From contig CAWGHO010000003.1 in NCBI GenBank assembly GCA_963822445.1, positions 608,001-672,000 on the forward strand: DNA of 64,000 nt, in the 5' to 3' direction. The notes beneath the pieces were generated by a model that was not told the origin of the DNA, did no database searches, and saw only the letters and a list, made by a program, of their open reading frames with translations. How positions within the stretch are numbered: the stretch's first letter is position 1; each line of letters begins with the position of its first letter. Origin of the DNA: an uncultured Acidobacteriota bacterium (lineage in GTDB: Bacteria; Acidobacteriota; Thermoanaerobaculia; Gp7-AA8). Of the stretch, positions 26,762 to 35,354 are shown in pieces. The translations under genes were made by a program, and so were the position numbers.

Positions 26762-29092
26762 TCACGCGGCGGCGTGCTTGGCCGGCCCGGTCTCGAGCAG
26801 ACGCACGACGTGTTCTTCGAAGTCGCCAAGACTCGATCTGCTCTTGGTCAGGAACTCCGTAGGCCCGAGACGAAGGCGGGTCCGATCGGTGGTTACGACA
26901 TCGAGTGACGAGTAGACGAGCAGGGGCGTTCCGGCGAGGTCCGCACTCTCTCGAAGCGCGGCGACGACAGCGAACCCGTCCATGTCCGGAAGCACGAGAT
27001 CCAGGACGATCAGGCTCGGCTGGTCGTGCCTGCAGCGCTGAACCGCATCACGTCCGCTGACGGCGTGAGTCGTCACGATGCCGCGGTTCTGCAGCGCCGC
27101 GCCCATGACCTTCGCCAGATCGACATCGTCTTCCACCAGCAGAACAGATGGCAAAGTGCGGCGGCCGGGAGCCGGCAACTCGCTCGTCACGCTGGGGACC
27201 GCGAGCGGGATCGTGAACTGAAAACAGCTGCCGGTCGGCTCGTTCGGTTCCACCCAGATCCGGCCCCCGTGGGCGTCCACGATGCTCTTGCAGATGGCCA
27301 GACCGAGTCCGGAACCGCCTTTGTCGCGCGAGTCCGAGCCGTCCACCTGGCTGAAACGCTCGAAGATCGTCTCGAGCTTCTCCTGCGGCACTCCCCGCCC
27401 GTGATCGGCGACGCGGAACACGAAATCGTCCTCGCGAACGACACCGCTCAGCGTCACGGTCGTCTCCGCCGCTGAGAACTTGATCGCGTTGCCCAGGAGG
27501 TTGGTCAACGTCTGAATGATCCGGTCGCTGTCGCCCCACAGCGTCGCGGCAGCCGGGACAACCGCCAGGCGCACGCCGGCCTCGTCGGCCACCGCCTGCA
27601 CACCATCCATTGCCTGATTCATCAGGGCGTTTGCATCGACGGGCCCACGTTGCAGTTCGACCATTCCGGACTCGATCCGTTCCAGATCGAGAATGTCGTT
27701 GATCAGACGAACCAGACGATCGGTGTTGCTGACTGCGATTTCCAGCATCCGTCGCCCTTTGTCTCCGACAGTGCCGAGCATGCCGCTGCCGAGCAGCCCC
27801 AGCGCTCCGCGGATTGAAGTGAGGGGAGTTCGCAATTCGTGACTGACAGTCGAAACGAACTCGCCCTTCAAGCGCTCGATGGCCCGGCGCTCGGTGACGT
27901 CGCGGAAAGTCACCACGGCTCCGAGGTGATTTCCGTCCTCGTCGAACATGGGGGTGGACGCGTACTCGACAGGAAAGCTCGAACCGTCCGGGCGCCAGAA
28001 GACGTCGTCGTAGTTCCCGACCGGCTCGCCCCTCCGCATGGCCACTGTCTTCGCACAATCCACCTCGGGCCACGGGGTGCCATCGGGGTACGAATGATGA
28101 ACAGCCTCGTGGACGGTCCGGCCACCGAAATCATCCAGCGTCATTCCCAGGATGCGTGCACCGGCCGGGTTGAGAAACGTCGGCCGGTTGTCGAGACCGA
28201 TCCCCATGATCCCGTCCCTGGCGGTGTTCAGGATCAGTGCGCTCTCCCGGGCCAGCCGCGCGTTGACCTCGGCGACTCTCTCGGCGGCGTTTTTTGCGGC
28301 CCGCAACTCGTCGGTGCGCAGGGAGACTGTCTCTTCGAGAAGCGTCTGCTGCATCAGCAGTTGACGGTCGCGCTGCTCGATCTCGGCGAGCATGCAGTTG
28401 AACCCTGTCACCAGCTCGCTGATCTCATCGCTCTGATTCGTGCTGTGATGATTGGCCCGCATGGTGTAGTCCTCACCCTGCCTGACCAGACCCACCACAC
28501 GCACGAGCTCGCGAATCGGCTCCGAAATGCTGCCCTGCAACCACCCGGAGAGAACGAACGCGATCAGCAGCGAAAGGAAACTGACACCCGCGGCGAACTT
28601 CGCGAATTGCTTCAGCCGTTCATTGCGCTCGCGACGGTCGGCGAGCATGTAAACAGTGCCGGCGCGCTGGCCATCGACGGTGATGGCGTAAAACAGCTCG
28701 AGGCCGTTGTCCTGGTCATGGAAGCCGTCCGGCAGCAGCGTCCGCGGGATGGAGATCGAGGCATTCGGTTCGTAGCGCTCGAAAGGCTCTCCCCGGGAGT
28801 CATAGATGCCGGCCGCGATGATCGACCGCTTTTGCCGAAGCGAGGTCAGGACCTCGTGGGCGACTCTTCGATCTCCGCGCTTCAACGCCTCAACGCTGTT
28901 GGAAGCGATCATCTTCGCGTTCGCCGAGAGGTCGGCGGTGATCCGCTTGCGATAGTTGTTGAGACCGGAGACGAAGTACGCGGAGCAGGTCAGCAGCACC
29001 GCGGTCGTGCTGGTCAGCATGATGATGCGAGTCAGGTTCCCGCGAATGGACTGCTTTCGTTTCGAGATCATCGTCGAAGGCGCTAGCTCCAT
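26762..29092 (-). CDS. hybrid sensor histidine kinase (CHASE8-like, HAMP, PAS, HisKA, HATPase, REC)
   Basis: Two TM helices, HAMP 'DEISELVTGFN', PAS, SHELRTPL, GSGLGL, receiver domain. Confidence 0.92.
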   Translation of the reverse strand: MELAPSTMISKRKQSIRGNLTRIIMLTSTTAVLLTCSAYFVSGLNNYRKRITADLSANAKMIASNSVEALKRGDRRVAHEVLTSLRQKRSIIAAGIYDSRGEPFERYEPNASISIPRTLLPDGFHDQDNGLELFYAITVDGQRAGTVYMLADRRERNERLKQFAKFAAGVSFLSLLIAFVLSGWLQGSISEPIRELVRVVGLVRQGEDYTMRANHHSTNQSDEISELVTGFNCMLAEIEQRDRQLLMQQTLLEETVSLRTDELRAAKNAAERVAEVNARLARESALILNTARDGIMGIGLDNRPTFLNPAGARILGMTLDDFGGRTVHEAVHHSYPDGTPWPEVDCAKTVAMRRGEPVGNYDDVFWRPDGSSFPVEYASTPMFDEDGNHLGAVVTFRDVTERRAIERLKGEFVSTVSHELRTPLTSIRGALGLLGSGMLGTVGDKGRRMLEIAVSNTDRLVRLINDILDLERIESGMVELQRGPVDANALMNQAMDGVQAVADEAGVRLAVVPAAATLWGDSDRIIQTLTNLLGNAIKFSAAETTVTLSGVVREDDFVFRVADHGRGVPQEKLETIFERFSQVDGSDSRDKGGSGLGLAICKSIVDAHGGRIWVEPNEPTGSCFQFTIPLAVPSVTSELPAPGRRTLPSVLLVEDDVDLAKVMGAALQNRGIVTTHAVSGRDAVQRCRHDQPSLIVLDLVLPDMDGFAVVAALRESADLAGTPLLVYSSLDVVTTDRTRLRLGPTEFLTKSRSSLGDFEEHVVRLLETGPAKHAAA

Positions 29093-29469
29093 CCGAGCAG
29101 AGCGTTGATCTCCTCTCCGAGCGTGACCGGGTCGAAGGGCTTGGCGATGATTCCGCGGACGCCGAGCTGCATGAAACTCTCGCGATCCGCAGCCTGAACC
29201 TTGGCTGTCAGAAAGATGACCGGAATCGCTCTGGTGGCTTCGTGTGACTGCAGGATGCGGAGTGTTCCGGGTCCGTCCATATCGGGCATCATCACGTCGA
29301 GCAGGATTGCATCGGGCGCACACGCCCCGGCCACGGCGATGCCCGCCGCGCCGCCGTTTGCGGTGGTGATCGTCCAACCCTGGGTCATTTCCAGGCTCAG
29401 GCCGGCCACCTCACGGATATCGTCTTCGTCGTCGATCAGGAGCAGGTGTCTGGGCTGCACGTAATCCAT
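29083..29469 (-). CDS. single-domain response regulator
   Basis: LLIDDEDD...LLDVMMPDMDG...FLTAK...KPF. Confidence 0.93.
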   Translation of the reverse strand: MDYVQPRHLLLIDDEDDIREVAGLSLEMTQGWTITTANGGAAGIAVAGACAPDAILLDVMMPDMDGPGTLRILQSHEATRAIPVIFLTAKVQAADRESFMQLGVRGIIAKPFDPVTLGEEINALLGWS

Positions 29470-29660
29470 TCCCCTCTTACCCGGTAGTGCTTCCAGACGG
29501 CCCGTTTGATACGAGCCAGCTTCAGAAATCGAAGGCGAATCAATCCGTCCGAACCGATCCCGTATTTAAAACGGACCGTCGGTGCACTTCTGCAATGGAG
29601 GCCGACAGATGCGGCCCCCGCCGATGAGGAAAGGAGCCCGTGAGAAGCGCCGCCATACCG

Positions 29661-31316
29661 ATGTTCGAAAAGCCACCCGGAGAGACCTCGACCCGTTTGC
29701 ACGAAGCCCAGCCTCATCGTCTGGAGGCGATCGAAGAGTCACCTGCCGCGGTCGCTGCCAGGGCCGCCGACCTGATCTGCACACACGACCTCGAAGAGGC
29801 GTTCCGGGCCGTACGCAACAGCGAAGAGCACTTCCGTTCCATCATCGAGAACGCCTCCGACGTCATCGCCATCGTCGAGCTGGACGGGCGCATCCGTTAC
29901 GAGAGCCCCTCGGTCGAACGGGTTCTGGGGTATCCGCCTGATGTCCTGGTCGGCACGCGGTTTCTCGATCTCGTCCACCCGGACGATGCAAAGGCGGCAG
30001 AGCACTTCCTGAGCCGCCAGATTGCCGATCCCGCCGCGACGTCGCGTATCGAATTGCGGGCCCGCCACTTTCGAGGCTCGTGGCGATCGTTCGAGATCGT
30101 GGCCAACACACTGGTCAAACGAGGAAACCCCTCGGCCGTCGTCGTCAACGCGCGCGACATCACCGAACGAAAGCTTCTCGAGGCGCAACTCTTACAGGCC
30201 AACCGTCTGGCCGGACTCGGACGTCTGGCGGCCACGGTCGCCCATGAGTTCAACAACGTGCTCATGGGCATGCAACCGTTCGCAGAGCTGATGCAGCGCC
30301 CGGATGCGACGCCCTTGATGATCTCCAAAGGCGCGGGGCACATCGCCACCTCGATCCAACGCGGCAAGCGCATCGTGATGGACATCCTCCGCTTCACCCA
30401 GCCCCACGTCCCTTCGACGGCCTCCGTCGATCTCGCCGAATGGTGGGAGACGTTTGGTCCGGAAGCCACGGTCGTCCTCGGAAACATGATCTCCGTGATT
30501 GCCTCGATCCCCCCCGGCTTGTGCATCACTGCCGATCGGGGGCAACTCTCCCAGGTACTTGCAAACCTGGTCGCCAATTCGCGCGACGCCATGCCCGCGG
30601 GCGGAACGCTCATCGTCGAAGCCAACGAGCTCGCCGCAGACGCGACCTTCACGTTCGGCGTCGTGCCTCAGCCCGATCGCTTCGTGCAGATCTCAATCAC
30701 GGACACGGGGTGCGGAATGACCCCCGACGTCATGGAGCGCGTGTTCGAGCCGCTCTACACGACCAGAGAGAGCGGGGGAACCGGTCTGGGCCTTGCCGTT
30801 GCGCATCAGGTAGTCACCCAGCATGGAGGCTACATCTTCCTGGAGAGCGAGCCCGGCGTGGGAACGACCTTCCATCTCTTCCTCCCGAAGGCGGCGACGC
30901 GGTGTGGCCTCGACGCGGAGTCGGAGAAGCCCGGTCCTGCACCGGCGGCGCGAAAACTGTTGATGATCGAGGACGAACGAACGATCGTCGACGGCCTGTC
31001 GATCCTGCTGGAAGGCGACGGAATCGAGGTCGAAGGCATCGAAAGCGGGCTGGAGGCGGCCGAGGCCATCGCTCGATTTCATCCCGATGTCGTGCTCCTC
31101 GACTACGGGCTGCCCGGGATGGACGGAAGCGAGGTTTACGCGCTCATCCGCACGCTGGACCCATCGCTCCCGATCATCTTTGCTACCGGGCACGGCGACC
31201 GGCGGACCCTCCACGACAGCCTCGACGATCCCCGGACGAGATTTCTTCAGAAGCCGTTCGAAGTCTCCGAGCTCCTCGCCCTGATCGTGGAGCTCGAGAC
31301 CGGAGATGCACCGTGA
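29661..31316 (+). CDS. cytoplasmic hybrid kinase PAS-HisKA-HATPase-REC (CckA-like)
   Basis: PAS, AHEFNN H-box, GTGLGL, C-terminal receiver. Confidence 0.92.
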   Translation: MFEKPPGETSTRLHEAQPHRLEAIEESPAAVAARAADLICTHDLEEAFRAVRNSEEHFRSIIENASDVIAIVELDGRIRYESPSVERVLGYPPDVLVGTRFLDLVHPDDAKAAEHFLSRQIADPAATSRIELRARHFRGSWRSFEIVANTLVKRGNPSAVVVNARDITERKLLEAQLLQANRLAGLGRLAATVAHEFNNVLMGMQPFAELMQRPDATPLMISKGAGHIATSIQRGKRIVMDILRFTQPHVPSTASVDLAEWWETFGPEATVVLGNMISVIASIPPGLCITADRGQLSQVLANLVANSRDAMPAGGTLIVEANELAADATFTFGVVPQPDRFVQISITDTGCGMTPDVMERVFEPLYTTRESGGTGLGLAVAHQVVTQHGGYIFLESEPGVGTTFHLFLPKAATRCGLDAESEKPGPAPAARKLLMIEDERTIVDGLSILLEGDGIEVEGIESGLEAAEAIARFHPDVVLLDYGLPGMDGSEVYALIRTLDPSLPIIFATGHGDRRTLHDSLDDPRTRFLQKPFEVSELLALIVELETGDAP

Positions 31317-31690
31317 CTGCGGCCGCCGTCATCAAACGCGCGCTGGTCATCGACGACGACGCTCACGTCCGGGAGTTGCTGCAGATTCTCCTCGAAACGG
31401 CGGGGTTCGAGGTGGACACGCTCAAGGACGGGATCGACGCAGTCGAACTGAAGCACGACTACCACGTCATCGTCCTCGACATGCTCATGCCGATCTTCAG
31501 CGGGGCTCAACTGGCCGATTACTGGAAGATGACCACTCCGGAGGTTCTGCGCCGGGTCATTTTCCTGACCGGCTACTCGCGTCTGTCGGCGGACCGGGTT
31601 CATGGGACGTTCGCCACACTCGCCAAGCCGTTCGATTACCGCGAGATGCTCAGGATCGTGGAGGACTGCTTACAGCAAACGCCGGCGTGA
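31313..31690 (+). CDS. single-domain response regulator
   Basis: GTG start overlapping the upstream stop. ALVIDDD...VLDMLMP...FLTG...KPF. Confidence 0.88.
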   Translation: MTAAAVIKRALVIDDDAHVRELLQILLETAGFEVDTLKDGIDAVELKHDYHVIVLDMLMPIFSGAQLADYWKMTTPEVLRRVIFLTGYSRLSADRVHGTFATLAKPFDYREMLRIVEDCLQQTPA

Positions 31691-31841
31691 CCAAGTGTCC
31701 AGTTTCGCAACACCCGTCTGCGTAACGAACGCAGTGGGAGTGGCGTGCTCATGAGGTAAACACCTACGAATACACGGCTTATCGTCGTTCGCCTCCTGGC
31801 TTTGGTCCTGCTCTATCGGCCCATCGAGGGGTCATAGAGAG

Positions 31842-32699
31842 ATGAACGAACGGGTGTTGGTAGTCGATGACGAACAAGCAATCGTGGCCGGACTGCTCTG
31901 CTTGCTTGAATCGGAACGGATCGAAAGCGCGGGCGCCTTCGACCGTCAAACCGCGGAGACGCTCATGACGGAGACGTTTTTCCCGGTGATCGTCGCCGAC
32001 CTCCGCCTTCACACGGAAAACGAGGGGTTGGCGTTGCTCGATGCCATCCGGCGCATCAGCCCGCGCTCCCGCGTCGTCACGCTGACCGGGTTCAGCACGT
32101 CGGAGCTCGACGAGGAAGTGCTCCGTCGCGGCGCGGTGATGGTGATTCGCAAGCCAGCCGAAGGTTTCCAGATTGTCGAAGCCATCCGCCGGTTGCTCGA
32201 GGAAGTCGAGCGACTCGCGATGAGCCAGGAGACGCTCGACTTCGAGGCGCTGTACCTCGGCCTCAGAAAGCTGCTGCACTCGATTCCGCGCAAGCGGTAC
32301 GGGCTGACCAACGAAGAGGCGGAGGAAGTCGTCCAGCAGGCGTGGCTGCTCTTTCTCGAGAACCGCGAGGTGATTCGAATGGCCCGGCCGTGGCTCATGG
32401 GAACCGTCGCGAACCTCTGCAAGCATCGGATCGGACTGGCTTATCGCCGCCGCGAGACGTTTGTGGGAGAGGAGGAGCTGGCCGAGATCCCATGCACTCG
32501 CGTGCAGAACGACAGCGAGATCGCCCTGGCCCAGGCGATGGCAGTGCTGGACGGCCAATCGCGGGACCTCTGCCACCTCATCGCCATCGAAGGCTACGCG
32601 TACGACGAGGTGAGCGCGAAATTGAACCTTCCTCTCGGCTCGATCGGCCCGATGTACATCCGAGCCAAATCGAAAATGCGCATGAAGATGGCGGCATGA
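31842..32699 (+). CDS. receiver domain fused to ECF-type sigma-70 factor
   Basis: N-terminal REC (VLVVDDE, ADLRL, LTG, RKP). C-terminal sigma region 2 (EAEEVVQQAWL...WLMGTVANLC) and region 4 (EGYAYDEVSAKLNLPLGSIGP). Confidence 0.85.
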   Translation: MNERVLVVDDEQAIVAGLLCLLESERIESAGAFDRQTAETLMTETFFPVIVADLRLHTENEGLALLDAIRRISPRSRVVTLTGFSTSELDEEVLRRGAVMVIRKPAEGFQIVEAIRRLLEEVERLAMSQETLDFEALYLGLRKLLHSIPRKRYGLTNEEAEEVVQQAWLLFLENREVIRMARPWLMGTVANLCKHRIGLAYRRRETFVGEEELAEIPCTRVQNDSEIALAQAMAVLDGQSRDLCHLIAIEGYAYDEVSAKLNLPLGSIGPMYIRAKSKMRMKMAA

Positions 32700-32711
32700 G
32701 ACACCGTTCCA

Positions 32712-32836
32712 GCGGCGGAATTGAAAATTGAAAATGCAGAATTGAAAACGGACGCGGTTTTCACTCATTTTCAGTTTTCAGTTTTCAGTTTCCCAAGTTT
32801 CAATTTCGGCATCGCCGATCCGTCCCCATCGTCTAG
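32712..32836 (+). repeat. duplicate of the tRNA spacer (heptamer arrays) plus 5' 15 nt of tRNA-Glu
   Basis: Colinear match to 12437-12557. GTCCCCATCGTCTAG at 32822-32836. Confidence 0.9.
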
Positions 32837-32851
32837 GACTGGTGACGACCA

Positions 32852-35053
32852 TCACCTCACCGCCCGCCGTCGCACCGGAGCGGCCTGCCGTACGAACAGT
32901 CGCGAGATCCCGCCGACCCCCGGCGCGTCGTCGACCTGCGTGTGCATGACCACCGGAGTCGTGCCGACGGCCGTCGCGGCGATACTCACATCGTGATCGG
33001 CGACCGGGAATGGTGGGGTCGTGTAAACGTCGCCCTGCGACTCCAGCGCCGGGGAAAGGCGCTCGTGCCGGATCGTCGCCGTCTGATAGTCCCCCTTCCA
33101 CCAGTAGACGTCTACCTCGCCGTTCGCCAGCGGGGCGATGTCGCCGAGTGCGCCGCGGACCAGCGGAGCGGAGGGAGCGAGCGGTCCCGCGCCGGTGTAG
33201 CGCGCGAGGCGAGTCTCGATCGCGAGGTCGAACCGGGCCTGGGTCCAGGCCAGGATCACGCCCTGCGGTGAGGCCTCGGCTTTCAGATCGCGGCTGGAAT
33301 TGTCCGTGACATGGAGCTCGACCGGGGAGGCCTCGACCGGCTCCCCGGCGGAGGTCACATGGAGCGCGCGGATCGGGGCGGGAACCGCCATCGGAGGATC
33401 GATCATCTCGAAGACGTTGTAGCGCCAGGCCACGAAGAACCGTTCACCATCCCACACCGCCACGGCCGAGTCTTCGCTCCCCTCGGTTTCCCCGGAGATG
33501 GCCAGCTCGCGCATCGTGCCGTCAGCGCGAAGGACGGTGGCCAGGAGATCCCCGTCGTAGCGATCGCGCGGCGCCGTGCTCCAGACCACGGCCAGTGCGC
33601 CATCTCCCGCGGCACCGGCGACCGCGCGCGAAGCACCCGCGGGCGGATCGAATGTGAGCGGCTCGGCCTCGATCGGTATCAGAGCCCCGGTGTAGCGGCG
33701 CACGCCGAGTTTTCCGTTGCCTGCCCAGACCACCCACAGCGTGCTGCCGTCGTACGCGAGATCCAGCCACTGCGCATCCGTGTTCGGCGCGACCAGCAAC
33801 GGCGCCGCCCCCGGGCGCGCGAGCCGGACATCGCTGGTCCCGATCGAACGGTCGAGCCACGCCGTGACCGCCTGGCCGTCCACGCGCTCCACCGCGGGCA
33901 GCAACTGTTCGTGGGCGCCGCTGGCCGCGTCGATGATCGTGTGGAATGGAGTGGCAGTGTCGATCGACGCACTGCCGAAGAGGCCCACACGTACCGACCA
34001 CTTCTCATCGAGCCAGGCCGCGGCGCCGCTGCCGTCGCTCTTCACGGCGATGTTCGGCCAGTCGGGGCGAATGTTCTTCGCCACCAGCGTCGGCGTCCCC
34101 ATCTGCGCACCGGTCGGGTCGAGTCGCGCGAGGAACAACTCCCGCGGCAGGTCATAACCGCCGCGCATGTACATCATCACGTAACCGCCGCCGCGCCAGG
34201 CGACCGCCGGTGAGTAGAGCGCGCGATCAGGGTGGGGAAGACCGGCGTCCGCGGTGCCGACGGTGCGCGGCTCGCCGGAGCTTTCGTCCTGCGCGATCAC
34301 GCGGCCGACGATGTTGCTCCGCTCGCGCCACACCGCCAGGGATTCATTGCCGTTCGCGGCGATGTCGATGCTGTCCGCCCCCAGCGAGCCGGTCACCGTC
34401 TTCGCGGCCTGCAGGGTTTGCGCGGCGTCGACAGTCTGCGTCACCACCGGGTACGGAAGCTCGCGCGAGGCCACGGCGATCCGATAGGCGTCACCGATCG
34501 CGGTGACAGCCAGTCCGCCGACGGTCCACATCCTCGTGGCGAGTTGCATCTGCTTCAGGACGCGGAGCTCACGGTCGAGCAGGAAGAGGTCGCGCCCGCA
34601 CGTCGCCACCAGAATCGTGTTGCCGTTGCTGGCGATCTTCGCGCCGCCGCATTCGGAATTCAGCGGGGCGATGCGCTTGATCCGCAGTCGCTCGTCCGCG
34701 TACGTCGCGGCGTAGTAACCGTCGTATGCGTGCCACGCCAGCGCGTAGCCGTGGCCTGTCGCGACGACGGTGGGATCGTTGCCGAGGCCGAACGGAATGC
34801 CGGCCGGATCGAGAACGTGTCCGTCCGCGGAAAGGCGCGTGCCATAGATGTGGTCCACGACCGACCGGCGCCGGTCGCCCCAGACCACAAAGTACGAATC
34901 GCCGTCCGTGGCGATGCGGGACATCCTCTTCTCCGAGAGCGTCGGTCCGTATTCAGGAACAGAGACCGGAACCGCAGGTCCGAGACGGGGAGTGGCGGCA
35001 AGGGCGGATGTCGTGAGGGCCCCGCAAAGGATCGTGACGATGGCGAGACGCAT
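32852..35053 (-). CDS. secreted beta-propeller-like repeat protein with C-terminal RRRAVR tail
   Basis: Sec signal. Repeated 'xxGxxYxVxW' units. Ends APVRRRAVR. Confidence 0.85.
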   Translation of the reverse strand: MRLAIVTILCGALTTSALAATPRLGPAVPVSVPEYGPTLSEKRMSRIATDGDSYFVVWGDRRRSVVDHIYGTRLSADGHVLDPAGIPFGLGNDPTVVATGHGYALAWHAYDGYYAATYADERLRIKRIAPLNSECGGAKIASNGNTILVATCGRDLFLLDRELRVLKQMQLATRMWTVGGLAVTAIGDAYRIAVASRELPYPVVTQTVDAAQTLQAAKTVTGSLGADSIDIAANGNESLAVWRERSNIVGRVIAQDESSGEPRTVGTADAGLPHPDRALYSPAVAWRGGGYVMMYMRGGYDLPRELFLARLDPTGAQMGTPTLVAKNIRPDWPNIAVKSDGSGAAAWLDEKWSVRVGLFGSASIDTATPFHTIIDAASGAHEQLLPAVERVDGQAVTAWLDRSIGTSDVRLARPGAAPLLVAPNTDAQWLDLAYDGSTLWVVWAGNGKLGVRRYTGALIPIEAEPLTFDPPAGASRAVAGAAGDGALAVVWSTAPRDRYDGDLLATVLRADGTMRELAISGETEGSEDSAVAVWDGERFFVAWRYNVFEMIDPPMAVPAPIRALHVTSAGEPVEASPVELHVTDNSSRDLKAEASPQGVILAWTQARFDLAIETRLARYTGAGPLAPSAPLVRGALGDIAPLANGEVDVYWWKGDYQTATIRHERLSPALESQGDVYTTPPFPVADHDVSIAATAVGTTPVVMHTQVDDAPGVGGISRLFVRQAAPVRRRAVR

Positions 35054-35196
35054 GTGGTTTCTCCAGAGAACAATATGCTACAAAAGCATAAGGAAAGCGA
35101 GGGTCGGGCCCCGCTCGAAATGGGGCACGCGGCGACCGTCGGCTACCGCATCGATGACGAATCACGGCAGCAGTTCGGATCGTCGGGCCCACGGGT

Positions 35197-35225
35197 CACG
35201 GGTTCGAATCCCGTTGAGGACGCCA
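35197..35225 (+). repeat. tRNA-Glu 3' fragment (attR-like)
   Basis: CACGGGTTCGAATCCCGTTGAGGACGCCA, 28/29 identical to 12590-12618. Confidence 0.92.
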
Positions 35226-35354
35226 CTGGCGCCGACCCCCTCGACCTACCTTACCCCGCAGGAACCCTGCGGTAACTCCGGGCGGGCGTGGCCCACCCAT
35301 TATTATTTGCAACACGAATTCGTCCGCGTACACTGTCGCGTGGTCCGTTTGCTT

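Larger units (their letters stand above)
12619..35225. mobile_element. putative tRNA-Glu-anchored genomic island (no integrase visible)
   Basis: Bounded by a 29-bp direct repeat of the tRNA-Glu 3' end (12590-12618 vs 35197-35225, 1 mismatch). Cargo is accessory genes and gene relics. Confidence 0.6.
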
